A DNA stretch of 64,000 nt from Eledone cirrhosa (GCA_964016885.1 OZ024741.1:248806001-248870000); one strand, 5' to 3'. Shown: positions 1 through 14,290, numbered from the stretch's first letter. Program-made: numbers and translations. Notes: generated by a model from the sequence alone, not told the origin.

Positions 1-3000
1 TCCAAGGGGAGATAATTTCCAGCCGTCCAAGGGGAGATAATTTCCAGCCGTCCAAGGGGAGATAATATCCAGCCATCCAAGGAGACTTATTTTCCAGCCG
101 TCCAAGGAGAGGTAATTTCTAGCCGTCCAAGGGGAGATAAGTTCCTGCCTCCAAGGGGAGATAATTTCCAGCCAGCCAAGGGGAGATAATTTGTAAAAAA
201 ATCAGGGGGAGATAATTTGTAAAAAAAAAATCAGGGGGAGATAATTTGTAAAAAAATCAGGGGGAGATAATTTGTAAAAAAAAAATCAGGGGGAGATAAT
301 TTGTAAAAAAAATCAGGGGGAGATAATTTGTAAAAAAAATCAGGGGTAGATAATTTGTAAAAAAAATCAGGGGGAGATAATTTGTAAAAAAAATCAGGGG
401 GAGATAATTTGTAAAAAAAATCAGGGGTAGATAATTTTCAGCCCTCCAAGGGGAGATAATTTCCATCCTTCCAAGGGGAGATAATTTCCAGCCGTCCAAG
501 TGGAGATAATTTCCCGCCAGCCAAGGAGAGATAACATTTAAAAAAATCAGGCGGAGATAATTTGTAAAAAAAATCAGGGGGAGATAATTTGTAAAAAAAT
601 CAGGGGGAGATAATTTGTAAAAAAAATCAGGGGTAGATAATTTCCAGCCGTCCAAGGGGAGATAATTTCCATCCTTCCAAGGGGAGATAATTTCCAGCCG
701 TCCAAGGGGAGATAATTTCCCGCCAGCCAAGGAGAGATAATATTTAAAAAAATCAGGCGGAGATAATTTGTAAAAAAAATCAGGGGGAGATAATTTGTAA
801 AAAAATCAGGGGGAGATAATTTGTAAAAAAAAATCAGGGGGAGATAATTTGTAAAAAAAATCAGGGGGAGATAATTTGTAAAAAAAAATCAGGGGTAGAT
901 AATTTGTAAAAAAAAATCAGGGGGAGATAATTTGTAAAAAAAAATCAGGGGGAGATAATTTGTAAAAAAATCAAGGGGAGATAATTTCCAGCCGTCCAAG
1001 GGGAGATAATTTTCAGCCGTCCAAGGAGAGGTAATTTCTAGCCGTCCAAGGGGAGATAATTTCCAGCCGTCCAAGGGGAGATAATTTCCAGCCGTCCAAG
1101 GGGAGATAATATCCAGCCGTCCAAGGAGACATATTTTCCAGCCGTCCAAGGAGACGTAATTTCTAGCCGTCCAAGGGGAGATAAGTTCCAGCCTCCAAGG
1201 GGAGATAATTTCCAGCCAGCCAAGGGGAGATACTTTGTAAAAAAATTAGGGGGAGATAATTTGTAAAAAAAAATCAGGGGGAGATAATTTGTAAAAAAAA
1301 ATCAGGGGGAGATAATTTGTAAAAAAAAATCAGGGGGAGATAATTTGTAAAAAAAAAATCAGGCAGAGATAATTTGTAAAAAAATCAAGGGGAGATAATT
1401 TCCAGCCGTCCAAGGGGAGATAATTTTCAGCCGTCCAAGGAGAGGTAATTTCTAGCCGTCCAAGGGGAGATAATTTCCAGCCGTCCAAGGGGAGATAAAT
1501 TTTTTAAAAAAATCAGGCGGAGATAATTTGTAAACAAAAATCAGGGGGAGATAATTTGTAAAAAAAATCAGGGGGAGATAATTTGTAAAAAAAATCAAGG
1601 GGAGATAATTTGTAAAAAAAAATCAGGGGTAGATAATTTGTAAAAAAAAATCAGGGGGAGATAATTTGTAAAAAAAAAATCAGGGGGAGATAATTTGTAA
1701 AAAAATCAAGGGGAGATAATTTCCAGCCGTCCAAGGGGAGATAATTTTCAGCCGTCCAAGGAGAGGTAATTTCTAGCCGTCCAAGGGGAGATAATTTCCA
1801 GCCAGCCAAGGGGAGATAATTTGTAAAAAAATCAGGGGTAGATAATTTGTAAAAAAAAATCAGGGGGAGATAATTTGTAAAAAAAATCAGGGGGAGATAA
1901 TTTGTAAAAAAAATCAGGGGTAGATAATTTCCAGCCGTCCAAGGGGAGATAATTTCCATCCTTCCAAGGGGAGATAATTTCCAGCCGTCCAAGGGGAGAT
2001 AATTTCCCGCCAGCCAAGGAGAGATAACATTTAAAAAAATCAGGCGGAGATAATTTGTAAAAAAAATCAAGGGGAGATAATTTGTAAAAAAATCAGGGGG
2101 AGATAATTTGTAAAAAAAATCAGGGGTAGATAATTTCCAGCCGTCCAAGGGGAGATAATTTCCATCCTTCCAAGGGGAGATAATTTCCAGCCGTCCAAGG
2201 GGAGATAATTTCCCGCCAGCCAAGGAGAGATAATATTTAAAAAAATCAGGCGGAGATAATTTGTAAAAAAAATCAGGGGGAGATAATTTGTAAAAAAATC
2301 AGGGGGAGATAATTTGTAAAAAAAAATCAGGGGAGATAATTTGTAAAAAAAATCAGGGGGAGATAATTTGTAAAAAAAAATCAGGGGTAGATAATTTGTA
2401 AAAAAAATCAGGGGGAGATAATTTGTAAAAAAAAAATCAGGGGGAGATAATTTGTAAAAAAATCAAGGGGAGATAATTTCCAGCCGTCCAAGGGGAGATA
2501 ATTTTCAGCCGTCCAAGGAGGTAATTTCTAGCCGTCCAAGGGGAGATAATTTCCAGCCGTCCAAGGGTAGATAATTTTTTTAAAAAATCAGGCGGAGATA
2601 ATTTGTAAAAAAATCAGGGGGAGATAATTTGTAAAAAAAATCAGGGGTAGATAATTTTCAGCCGTCCAAGGGGAGATAATTTCCATCCTTCCAAGGGGAG
2701 ATAATTTCCAGCCGTCCAAGGGGAGATAATTTCCCGCCAGCCAAGGAGAGATAACATTTAAAAAAATCAGGGGGAGATAATTTGTAAAAAAAAATCAGGG
2801 GGAGATAATTCGTAAAAAAAAATCAGGGGGAGATAATTTGTAAAAAAAAATCAGGGGTAGATAATTTGTAAAAAAAAATCAGGGGGAGATAATTTGTAAA
2901 AAAAAAATCAGGGGGAGATAATTTGTAAAAAAATCAAGGGGAGATAATTTCCAGCCGTCCAAGGGGAGATAATTTTCAGCCGTCCAAGGAGAGGTAATTT

Positions 3001-4214
3001 CTAGCCGTCCAAGGGGAGATAATTTCCAGCCGTCCAAGGGGAGATAATTTTTTTAAAAAAATCAGGCGGAGATAATTTGTAAACAAAAATCAGGGGGAGA
3101 TAATTTGTAAAAAAAAATCAGGGGGAGATAATTTGTAAAAAAAAATCAGGGGGAGATAATTTGTAAAAAAAATCAAGGGGAGATAATTTGTAAAAAAAAA
3201 TCAGGGGTAGATAATTTGTAAAAAAAAATCAGGGGGAGATAATTTGTAAAAAAAAAATCAGGGGGAGATAATTTGTAAAAAAATCAAGGGGAGATAATTT
3301 CCAGCCGTCCAAGGGGAGATAATTTTCAGCCGTCCAAGGAGAGGTAATTTCTAGCCGTCCAAGGGGAGATAATATCCAGCCAGCCAAGGGGAGATAATTT
3401 GTAAAAAAATCAGATGTAGATAATTTGTAAAAAAAAATCAGGGGGAGATAATTTGTAAAAAAAATCAGGGGGAGATAATTTGTAAAAAAAATCAGGGGTA
3501 GATAATTTCCAGCCGTCCAAGGGGAGATAATTTCCATCCTTCCAAGGGGAGATAATTTCCAGCCGTCCAAGGGGAGATAATTTCCCGCCAGCCAAGGAGA
3601 GATAATATTTAAAAAAATCAGGCGGAGATAATTTGTAAAAAAAATCAGGGGGAGATAATTTGTAAAAAAATCAGGGGGAGATAATTTGTAAAAAAAAATC
3701 AGGGGAGATAATTTGTAAAAAAAATCAGGGGGAGATAATTTGTAAAAAAAAATCAGGGGTAGATAATTTGTAAAAAAAAATCAGGGGGAGATAATTTGTA
3801 AAAAAAAAATCAGGGGGAGATAATTTGTAAAAAAATCAAGGGGAGATAATTTCCAGCCGTCCAAGGGGAGATAATTTTCAGCCGTCCAAGGAGGTAATTT
3901 CTAGCCGTCCAAGGGGAGATAATATCCAGCCGTCCAAGGAGACATATTTTCCAGCCGTCCAAGGAGAGGTAATTTCTAGCCGTCCAAGGGGAGATAAGTT
4001 CCAGCCTCCAAGGGGAGAAAATTTCCAGCCAGCCAAGGGGAGATAATTTGTAAAAAAATCAGGGGGAGATAATTTGTAAAAAAAAAATCAGGGGGAGATA
4101 ATTTGTAAAAAAATCAGGGGGAGATAATTTGTAAAAAAAAAATCAGGGGGAGATAATTTGTAAAAAAAATCAGGGGGAGATAATTTGTAGAAAAAATCAG
4201 GGGTAGATAATTTG

Positions 4215-6780
4215 TAAAAAAAATCAGGGGGAGATAATTTGTAAAAAAAATCAGGGGGAGATAATTTGTAAAAAAAATCAGGGGTAGATAATTTTCAGCC
4301 GTCCAAGGGGAGATAATTTCCATCCTTCCAAGGGGAGATAATTTCCAGCCGTCCAAGGGGAGATAATTTCCCGCCAGCCAAGGAGAGATAACATTTAAAA
4401 AAATCAGGCGGAGATAATTTGTAAAAAAAATCAGGGGGAGATAATTTGTAAAAAAATCAGGGGGAGATAATTTGTAAAAAAAATCAGCGGTAGATAATTG
4501 CCAGCCGTCCAAGGGGAGATAATTTCCATCCTTCCAAGGGGAGATAATTTCCAGCCGTCCAAGGGGAGATAATTTCCCGCCAGCCAAGGAGAGATAATAT
4601 TTAAAAAAATCAGGCGGAGATAATTTGTAAAAAAAATCAGGCGGAGATAATTTGTAAAAAAAAATCAGGGGGAGATAATTTGTAAAAAAAAATCAGGGGG
4701 AGATAATTTGTAAAAAAAAATCAGGGGGAGATAATTTGTAAAAAAAATCAAGGGGAGATAATTTCCAGCCGTCCAAGGGGAGATAATTTTCAGCCGTCCA
4801 AGGAGAGGTAAATTCTAGCCGTCCAACGAGATATAATTTCCAGCCGTCCAAGGGGAGATAATTTCCAGCCGTCCAAGGGGAGATAATTTTTAAAAAAAAA
4901 TCAGGCGGAGATAATTTGTAAACAAAAATCAGGGGGAGATAATTTTTAAAAAAAAATCAGGGGGAGATAATTTGTAAAAAAAAATCAGGGGGAGATAATT
5001 TGTAAAAATAATCAAGGGGAGATAATTTCCAGCCGTCCAAGGGGAGGTAATATCTAGCCATCCAAGGGGAGATAATTTCCAGCCGTCCAAGGGGAGATAA
5101 TTTCCAGCCGTCCAAGGGGAGATAATATCCAGCCGTCCAAGGAGACATATTTTCCAGCCGTCCAAGGAGAGGTAATTTCTAGCCGTCCAAGGGGAGATAA
5201 GTTCCAGCCTCCAAGGGGAGATAATTTCCAGCCAGCCAAGGGGAGATAATTTGTAAAAAAATCAGGGGGGAGATAATTTGTAAAAAAAATCAGGGGGAGA
5301 TAATTTGAAAAAAAAATCAGGCGGAGATAATTTGTAAAAAATATCAAGGGGAGATAATTTCCAGCCCTCCAAGGGGCTATAATTTCCAGCCGTGCAAGGG
5401 GAGATAATTTCCAGCCGTCCAAGGGGAGATAATTTCCAGCCGTCCAAGGGGAGATAATTTCCCGCCAGCCAAGGGAAGATAATTTTTTAAAAAATCAGGC
5501 GGAGATTGTAAAAAAAAATCAGGGGGAGATAATTTGTAAAAAAATCAGGGGGAGATAATTTGTAAAAAAAATCAGGGGTAGATAATTTTCAGCCGTCCAA
5601 GGGGAGATAATTTCCATCCTTCCAAGGGGAGATAATTTCCAGCCGTCCAAGGGGAGATAATTTCCCGCCAGCCAAGGAGAGATAACATTTAAAAAAATCA
5701 GGCGGAGATAATTTGTAAAAAAAATCAGGGGGAGATAATTTGTAAAAAAATCAGGGGGAGATAATTTGTAAAAAAAATCAGCGGTAGATAATTGCCAGCC
5801 GTCCAAGGGGAGATAATTTCCATCCTTCCAAGGGGAGATAATTTCCAGCCGTCCAAGGGGAGATAATTTCCCGCCAGCCAAGGAGAGATAATATTTAAAA
5901 AAATCAGGCGGAGATAATTTGTAAAAAAAATCAGGCGGAGATAATTTGTAAAAAAAAATCAGGGGGAGATAATTTGTAAAAAAAAATCAGGGGGAGATAA
6001 TTTGTAAAAAAAAATCAGGGGGAGATAATTTGTAAAAAAAATCAAGGGGAGATAATTTCCAGCCGTCCAAGGGGAGATAATTTTCAGCCGTCCAAGGAGA
6101 GGTAAATTCTAGCCGTCCAACGAGATATAATTTCCAGCCGTCCAAGGGGAGATAATTTCCAGCCGTCCAAGGGGAGATAATTTTTAAAAAAAAATCAGGC
6201 GGAGATAATTTGTAAACAAAAATCAGGGGGAGATAATTTTTAAAAAAAAATCAGGGGGAGATAATTTGTAAAAAAAAATCAGGGGGAGATAATTTGTAAA
6301 AATAATCAAGGGGAGATAATTTCCAGCCGTCCAAGGGGAGGTAATATCTAGCCATCCAAGGGGAGATAATTTCCAGCCGTCCAAGGGGAGATAATATCCA
6401 GCCGTCCAAGGAGACATATTTTCCAGCCGTCCAAGGAGAGGTAATTTCTAGCCGTCCAAGGGGAGATAAGTTCCAGCCTCCAAGGGGAGATAATTTCCAG
6501 CCAGCCAAGGGGAGATAATTTGTAAAAAAATCAGGGGGGAGATAATTTGTAAAAAAAATCAGGGGGAGATAATTTGAAAAAAAAATCAGGGGGAGATAAT
6601 TTGTAAAAAATATCAAGGGGAGATAATTTCCAGCCCTCCAAGGGGCTATAATTTCCAGCCGTGCAAGGGGAGATAATTTCCAGCCGTCCAAGGGGAGATA
6701 ATTTCCAGCCGTCCAAGGGGAGATAATTTCCCGCCAGCCAAGGGAAGATAATTTTTTAAAAAATCAGGCGGAGATTGTAA
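4215..6780 (+). repeat. Tandem duplication, offset 1,294 then 1,269 bp
   Basis: Private variants CAGCGGTAGATAATTGCC (4485/5779) and CCAACGAGATAT (~4823/6117). The offset falls by exactly one 25-bp monomer inside R (ORF-track 4587/5881 versus 5422/6691). Confidence 0.85.
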
Positions 6781-7499
6781 AAAAAAATCAGGGGGAGATA
6801 ATTTGTAAAAAAATCAGGGGGAGATAATTTGTAAAAAAAAAATCAGGGGGAGATAATTTGTAAAAAAAAAATCAGGGGGAGATAATTTGTAAAAAAAATC
6901 AGGGGGAGATAATTTGTAAAAAAAATCAGGGGTAGATAATTTGTAAAAAAAATCAGGGGGAGATAATTTGTAAAAAAAATCAGGGGGAGATAATTTGTAA
7001 AAAAAATCAGGGGTAGATAATTTTCAGCCGTCCAAGGGGAGATAATTTCCATCCTTCCAAGGGGAGATAATTTCCAGCCGTCCAAGGGGAGATAATTTCC
7101 CGCCAGCCAAGGAGAGATAACATTTAAAAAAATCAGGCGGAGATAATTTGTAAAAAAATCAGGGGGAGATAATTTGTAAAAAAAATCAGGGGTAGATAAT
7201 TTTCAGCCGTCCAAGGGGAGATAATTTCCATCCTTCCAAGGGGAGATAATTTCCAGCCGTCCAAGGGGAGATAATTTCCCGCCAGCCAAGGAGAGATAAC
7301 ATTTAAAAAAATCAGGGGGAGATAATTTGTAAAAAAAAATCAGGGGGAGATAATTCTTAAAAAAAATCAGGGGGAGATAATTTGTAAAAAAAAATCAGGG
7401 GTAGATAATTTGTAAAAAAAAATCAGGGGGAGATAATTTGTAAAAAAAAAATCAGGGGGAGATAATTTGTAAAAAAATCAAGGGGAGATAATTTCCAGC

Positions 7500-10400
7500 C
7501 GTCCAAGGGGAGATAATTTTCAGCCGTCCAAGGAGAGGTAATTTCTAGCCGTCCAAGGGGAGATAATTTCCAGCCGTCCAAGGGGAGATAATTTTTTTAA
7601 AAAAATCAGGCGGAGATAATTTGTAAACAAAAATCAGGGGGAGATAATTTGTAAAAAAAAATCAGGGGGAGATAATTTGTAAAAAAAAATCAGGGGGAGA
7701 TAATTTGTAAAAAAAATCAAGGGGAGATAATTTGTAAAAAAAATCAGGGGTAGATAATTTGTAAAAAAAAATCAGGGGGAGATAATTTGTAAAAAAAAAA
7801 TCAGGGGGAGATAATTTGTAAAAAAATCAAGGGGAGATAATTTCCAGCCGTCCAAGGGGAGATAATTTTCAGCCGTCCAAGGACAGGTAATTTCTAGCCG
7901 TCCAAGGGGAGATAATTTCCAGCCAGCCAAGGGGAGATAATTTGTAAAAAAATCAGGGGTAGATAATTTGTAAAAAAAAATCAGGGGGAGATAATTTGTA
8001 AAAAAAATCAGGGGGAGATAATTTGTAAAAAAAATCAGGGGTAGATAATTTCCAGCCGTCCAAGGGGAGATAATTTCCATCCTTCCAAGGGGAGATAATT
8101 TCCAGCCGTCCAAGGGGAGATAATTTCCCGCCAGCCAAGGAGAGATAACATTTAAAAAAATCAGGCGGAGATAATTTGTAAAAAAAATCAGGGGGAGATA
8201 ATTTGTAAAAAAATCAGGGGGAGATAATTTGTAAAAAAAATCAGGGGTAGATAATTTCCAGCCGTCCAAGGGGAGATAATTTCCATCCTTCCAAGGGGAG
8301 ATAATTTCCAGCCGTCCAAGGGGAGATAATTTCCCGCCAGCCAAGGAGAGATAATATTTAAAAAAATCAGGCGGAGATAATTTGTAAAAAAAATCAGGGG
8401 GAGATAATTTGTAAAAAAATCAGGGGGAGATAATTTGTAAAAAAAAATCAGGGGAGATAATTTGTAAAAAAAATCAGGGGGAGATAATTTGTAAAAAAAA
8501 ATCAGGGGTAGATAATTTGTAAAAAAAAATCAGGGGGAGATAATTTGTAAAAAAAAAATCAGGGGGAGATAATTTGTAAAAAAATCAAGGGGAGATAATT
8601 TCCAGCCGTCCAAGGGGAGATAATTTTCAGCCGTCCAAGGAGGTAATTTCTAGCCGTCCAAGGGGAGATAATTTCCAGCCGTCCAAGGGGAGATAATTTT
8701 TTTTAAAAAATCAGGCGGTGATAATTTGTAAACAAAAATCAGGGGGAGATAATTTGTAAAAAAAAATCAGGGGGAGATAATTTGTAAAAAAAAATCAGGG
8801 GGAGATAATTTGTAAAAAAAATCAAGGGGAGATAATTTCCAGCCATCCAAGGGGAGGTAATATTTAGCCATCCAAGGGGAGATAATTTCCAGCCGTCCAA
8901 GGTGAGATAATTTCCAGCCGTCCAAGGGGAGATAATATCCAGCCGTCCAAGGAGACATATTTTCCAGCCGTCCAAGGAGAGGTAATTTCTAGCCGTCCAA
9001 GGGGAGATAAGTTCCAGCCTCCAAGGGGAGATAATTTCCAGCCAGCCAAGGGGAGATAATTTGTAAAAAAATCAGGGGGGAGATAATTTGTAAAAAAAAT
9101 CAGGGGGAGATAATTTGAAAAAAAAATCAGGGGGAGATAATTTGTAAAAAATATCAAGGGGAGATAATTTCCAGCCCTCCAAGGGGCTATAATTTCCAGC
9201 CGTGCAAGGGGAGATAATTTCCAGCCGTCCAAGGGGAGATAATTTCCATCCTTCCAAGGGGAGATAATTTCCAGCCGTCCAAGGGGAGATAATTTCCCGC
9301 CAGCCAAGGGAAGATAATTTTTTAAAAAATCAGGCGGAGATTGTAAAAAAAATCAGGGGGAGATAATTTGTAAAAAAATCAGGGGGAGATAATTTGTAAA
9401 AAAAATCAGGGGGAGATAATTTGTAAAAAAAATCAGGGGTAGATAATTTGTAAAAAAAATCAGGGGGAGATAATTTGTAAAAAAAATCAGGGGGAGATAA
9501 TTTGTAAAAAAAATCAGGGGTAGATAATTTTCAGCCGTCCAAGGGGAGATAATTTCCATCCTTCCAAGGGGAGATAATTTCCAGCCGTCCAAGGGGAGAT
9601 AATTTCCCGCCAGCCAAGGAGAGATAACATTTAAAAAAATCAGGCGGAGATAATTTGTAAAAAAATCAGGGGGAGATAATTTGTAAAAAAAATAAGGGGT
9701 AGATAATTTTCAGCCGTCCAAGGGGAGATAATTTCCATCCTTCCAAGGGGAGATAATTTCCAGCCGTCCAAGGGGAGATAATTTCCCGCCAGCCAAGGAG
9801 AGATAAAATTTAAAAAAATCAGGGGGAGATAATTTGTAAAAAAAAATCAGGGGGAGATAATTCGTAAAAAAAAATCAGGGGGAGATAATTTGTAAAAAAA
9901 AATCAGGGGTAGATAATTTGTAAAAAAAAATCAGGGGGAGATAATTTGTAAAAAAAAAATCAGGGGGAGATAATTTGTAAAAAAATCAAGGGGAGATAAT
10001 TTCCAGCCGTCCAAGGGGAGATAATTTTCAGCCGTCCAAGGAGAGGTAATTTCTAGCCGTCGAAGGGGAGATAATTTCCAGCCGTCCAAGGGGAGATAAT
10101 TTTTTTAAAAAAATCAGGCGGAGATAATTTGTAAACAAAAATCAGGGGTAGATAATTTGTAAAAAAAAATCAGGGGGAGATAATTTGTAAAAAAAAATCA
10201 GGGGTAGATAATTTGTAAAAAAAAATCAGGGGGAGATAATTTGTAAAAAAAAATCAGGGGGAGATAATTTGTAAAAAAATCAAGGGGAGATAATTTCCAG
10301 CCGTCCAAGGGGAGATAATTTTCAGCCGTCCAAGGAGAGGTAATTTCTAGCCGTCCAAGGGGAGATAATTTCCAGCCAGCCAAGGGGAGATAATTTGTAA

Positions 10401-13400
10401 AAAAATCAGATGTAGATAATTTGTAAAAAAAAATCAGGGGGAGATAATTTGTAAAAAAAATCAGGGGGAGATAATTTGTAAAAAAAATCAGGGGTAGATA
10501 ATTTCCAGCCGTCCAAGGGGAGATAATTTCCATCCTTCCAAGGGGAGATAATTTCCAGCCGTCCAAGGGGAGATAATTTCCCGCCAGCCAAGGAGAGATA
10601 ATATTTAAAAAAATCAGGCGGAGATAATTTGTAAAAAAAATCAGGGGGAGATAATTTGTAAAAAAATCAGGGGGAGATAATTTGTAAAAAAAAATCAGGG
10701 GGAGATAATTTGTAAAAAAAATCAGGGGGAGATAATTTGTAAAAAAAAATCAGGGGTAGATAATTTGTAAAAAAAAATCAGGGGGAGATAATTTGTAAAA
10801 AAAAAATCAGGGGGAGATAATTTGTAAAAAAATCAAGGGGAGATAATTTCCAGCCGTCCAAGGGGAGATAATTTTCAGCCGTCCAAGGAGGTAATTTCTA
10901 GCCGTCCAAGGGGAGATAATTTCCAGCCGTCCAAGGGGAGATAATTTTTTTTAAAAAATCAGGCGGAGATAATTTGTAAACAAAAATCAGGGGGAGATAA
11001 TTTGTAAAAAAAAATCAGGGGGAGATAATTTGTAAAAAAATATCAGGGGGAGATAATTTGTAAAAAAAATCAAGGGGAGATAATTTCCAGCCGTCCAAGG
11101 GGAGGTAATATCTAGCCATCCAAGGGGAGATAATTTCCAGCCGTCCAAGGGGAGATAATTTCCAGCCGTCCAAGGGGAGATAATATCCAGCCGTCCAAGG
11201 AGACATATTTTCCAGCCGTCCAAGGAGAGGTAATTTCTAGCCGTCCAAGGGGAGATAAGTTCCAGCCTCCAAGGGGAGAAAATTTCCAGCCAGCCAAGGG
11301 GAGATAATTTGTAAAAAAATCAGGGGGAGATAATTTGTAAAAAAAAAATCAGTGGGAGATAATTTGTAAAAAAATCAGGGGGAGATAATTTGTAAAAAAA
11401 AAATCAGGGGGAGATAATTTGTAAAAAAAATCAGGGGGAGATAATTTGTAGAAAAAATCAGGGGTAGATAATTTGTAAAAAAAATCAGGGGGAGATAATT
11501 TGTAAAAAAAATCAGGGGGAGATAATTTGTAAAAAAAATCAGGGGTAGATAATTTTCAGCCGTCCAAGGGGAGATAATTTCCATCCTTCCAAGGGGAGAT
11601 AATTTCCAGCCGTCCAAGGGGAGATTATTTCCCGCCAGCCAAGGAGAGATAACATTTAAAAAAATCAGGCGGAGATAATTTGTAAAAAAAATCAGGGGGA
11701 GATAATTTGTAAAAAAATCAGGGGGAGATAATTTGTAAAAAAAATCAGGGGTAGATAATTTCCAGCCGTCCAAGGGGAGATAATTTCCATCCTTCAAAGG
11801 GGAGATAATTTCCAGCCGTCCAAGGGGAGATAATTTCCCGCCAGCCAAGGAGAGATAATATTTAAAAAAATCAGGCGGAGATAATTTGTAAAAAAAATCA
11901 GGCGGAAATAATTTGTAAAAAAAAATCAGGGGGAGATAATTTGTAAAAAAAAATCAGGGGGAGATAATTTGTAAAAAAAAATCAGGGGGAGATAATTTGT
12001 AAAAAAAATCAAGGGGAGATAATTTCCAGCCGTCCAAGGGGAGATAATTTTCAGCCGTCCAAGGAGAGGTAAATTCTAGCCGTCCAAGGAGATATAATTT
12101 CCAGCCGTCCAAGGGGAGATAATTTCCAGCCGTCCAAGGGGAGATAATTTTTTTAAAAAAATCAGGCGGAGATAATTTGTAAACAAAAATCAGGGGGAGA
12201 TAATTTTTAAAAAAAAATCAGGGGGAGATAATTTGTAAAAAAAAATCAGGGGGAGATAATTTGTAAAAATAATCAAGGGGAGATAATTTCCAGCCGTCCA
12301 AGGGGAGGTAATATCTAGCCATCCAAGGGGAGATAATTTCCAGCCGTCCAAGGGGAGATAATTTCCAGCCGTCCAAGGGGAGATAATATCCAGCCGTCCA
12401 AGGAGACATATTTTCCAGCCGTCCAAGGAGAGGTAATTTCTAGCCGTCCAAGGGGAGATAAGTTCCAGCCTCCAAGGGGAGAAAATTTCCAGCCAGCCAA
12501 GGGGAGATAATTTGTAAAAAAATCAGGGAGAGATAATTTGTAAAAAAAAAATCAGTGGGAGATAATTTGTAAAAAAATCAGGGGGAGATAATTTGTAAAA
12601 AAAAAATCAGGGGGAGATAATTTGTAAAAAAAATCAGGGGGAGATAATTTGTAGAAAAAATCAGGGGTAGATAATTTGTAAAAAAAATCAGGGGGAGATA
12701 ATTTGTAAAAAAAATCAGGGGGAGATAATTTGTAAAAAAAATCAGGGGTAGATAATTTTCAGCCGTCCAAGGGGAGATAATTTTCAGCCGTCCAAGGAGA
12801 GGTAATTTCTAGCCGTCCAAGGGGAGATAATTTCCAGCCGTCCAAGGGGAGATAATTTTTTTAAAAAAATCAGGCGGAGATAATTTGTAAACAAAAATCA
12901 GGGGGAGATAATTTGTAAAAAAAAATCAGGGGGAGATAATTTGTAAAAAAAAATCAGGGGGAGATAATTTGTAAAAAAAATCAAGGGGAGATAATTTGTA
13001 AAAAAAAATCAGGGGTAGATAATTTGTAAAAAAAAATCAGGGGGAGATAATTTGTAAAAAAAAAATCAGGGGGAGATAATTTGTAAAAAAATCAAGGGGA
13101 GATAATTTCCAGCCGTCCAAGGGGAGATAATTTTCAGCCGTCCAAGGACAGGTAATTTCTAGCCGTCCAAGGGGAGATAATTTCCAGCCAGCCAAGGGGA
13201 GATAATTTGTAAAAAAATCAGGGGTAGATAATTTGTAAAAAAAAATCAGGGGGAGATAATTTGTAAAAAAAATCAGGGGGAGATAATTTGTAAAAAAAAT
13301 CAGGGGTAGATAATTTCCAGCCGTCCAAGGGGAGATAATTTCCATCCTTCCAAGGGGAGATAATTTCCAGCCGTCCAAGGGGAGATAATTTCCCGCCAGC

Positions 13401-14290
13401 CAAGGAGAGATAACATTTAAAAAAATCAGGCGGAGATAATTTGTAAAAAAAATCAGGGGGAGATAATTTGTAAAAAAATCAGGGGGAGATAATTTGTAAA
13501 AAAAATCAGGGGTAGATAATTTCCAGCCGTCCAAGGGGAGATAATTTCCATCCTTCCAAGGGGAGATAATTTCCAGCCGTCCAAGGGGAGATAATTTCCC
13601 GCCAGCCAAGGAGAGATAATATTTAAAAAAATCAGGCGGAGATAATTTGTAAAAAAAATCAGGGGGAGTTAATTTGTAAAAAAATCAGGGGGAGATAATT
13701 TGTAAAAAAAAATCAGGGGAGATAATTTGTAAAAAAAATCAGGGGGAGATAATTTGTAAAAAAAAATCAGGGGTAGATAATTTGTAAAAAAAAATCAGGG
13801 GGAGATAATTTGTAAAAAAAAAATCAGGGGGAGATAATTTGTAAAAAAATCAAGGGGAGATAATTTCCAGCCGTCCAAGGGGAGATAATTTTCAGCCGTC
13901 CAAGGAGGTAATTTCTAGCCGTCCAAGGGGAGATAATTTCCAGCCGTCCAAGGGGAGATAATTTTTTTTAAAAAATCAGGCGGAGATAATTTGTAAACAA
14001 AAATCAGGGGGAGATAATTTGTAAAAAAAAATCAGGGGGAGATAATTTGTAAAAAAAAATCAGGGGGAGATAATTTGTAAAAAAAATCAAGGGGAGATAA
14101 TTTCCAGCCGTCCAAGGGGAGGTAATATTTAGCCATCCAAGGGGAGATAATTTCCAGCCGTCCAAGGGGAGATAATTTCCAGCCGTCCAAGGGGAGATAA
14201 TATCCAGCCGTCCAAGGAGACATATTTTCCAGCCGTCCAAGGAGAGGTAATTTCTAGCCGTCCAAGGGGAGATAAGTTCCAGCCTCCAAG
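7500..14290 (+). repeat. Dispersed duplication ~7.5-9.0 kb to ~12.77-14.29 kb, offset 5,265 bp
   Basis: Shared rare variants GGACAGG (7884/13149) and AATATTTAGCC (~8860/14125). ORF-track offsets 7772/13037 and 8739/14004. Confidence 0.8.
9073..9352 (+). repeat. Rare module S with its diagnostic B flanks, representative copy (8 copies seen)
   Basis: G6 monomer, TTTGAAAA, AAAAATATCAAG, CAGCCCTCC, GGGGCTATAATTTCCAGCCGTGC, GGGAAGAT and the 4-bp deletion GGCGGAGATTGTA. Copies lie near 5370, 6640, 9180, 47470, 51860, 56310, 60705 and 62820. Confidence 0.9.

Noticed and set aside
8-20. GGAGATAATTTCC hairpin or NF-kB-like site
   Set aside because: The stem is only 5 bp with a G-T wobble, the spacing does not fit GGGRNWYYCC, and the element is absent from B monomers.
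181-430. G-quadruplex from repeated G4-G5 tracts
   Set aside because: The tracts are ~21-24 nt apart, far beyond the canonical 1-7-nt loops. Stable intramolecular G4 is not supported by the sequence alone.
181-430. Rho-independent terminators or poly(A) retro-insertion tails suggested by the A/T tracts
   Set aside because: There is no GC stem before the T runs and no target-site duplications or element bodies. The tracts are integral to monomer B.
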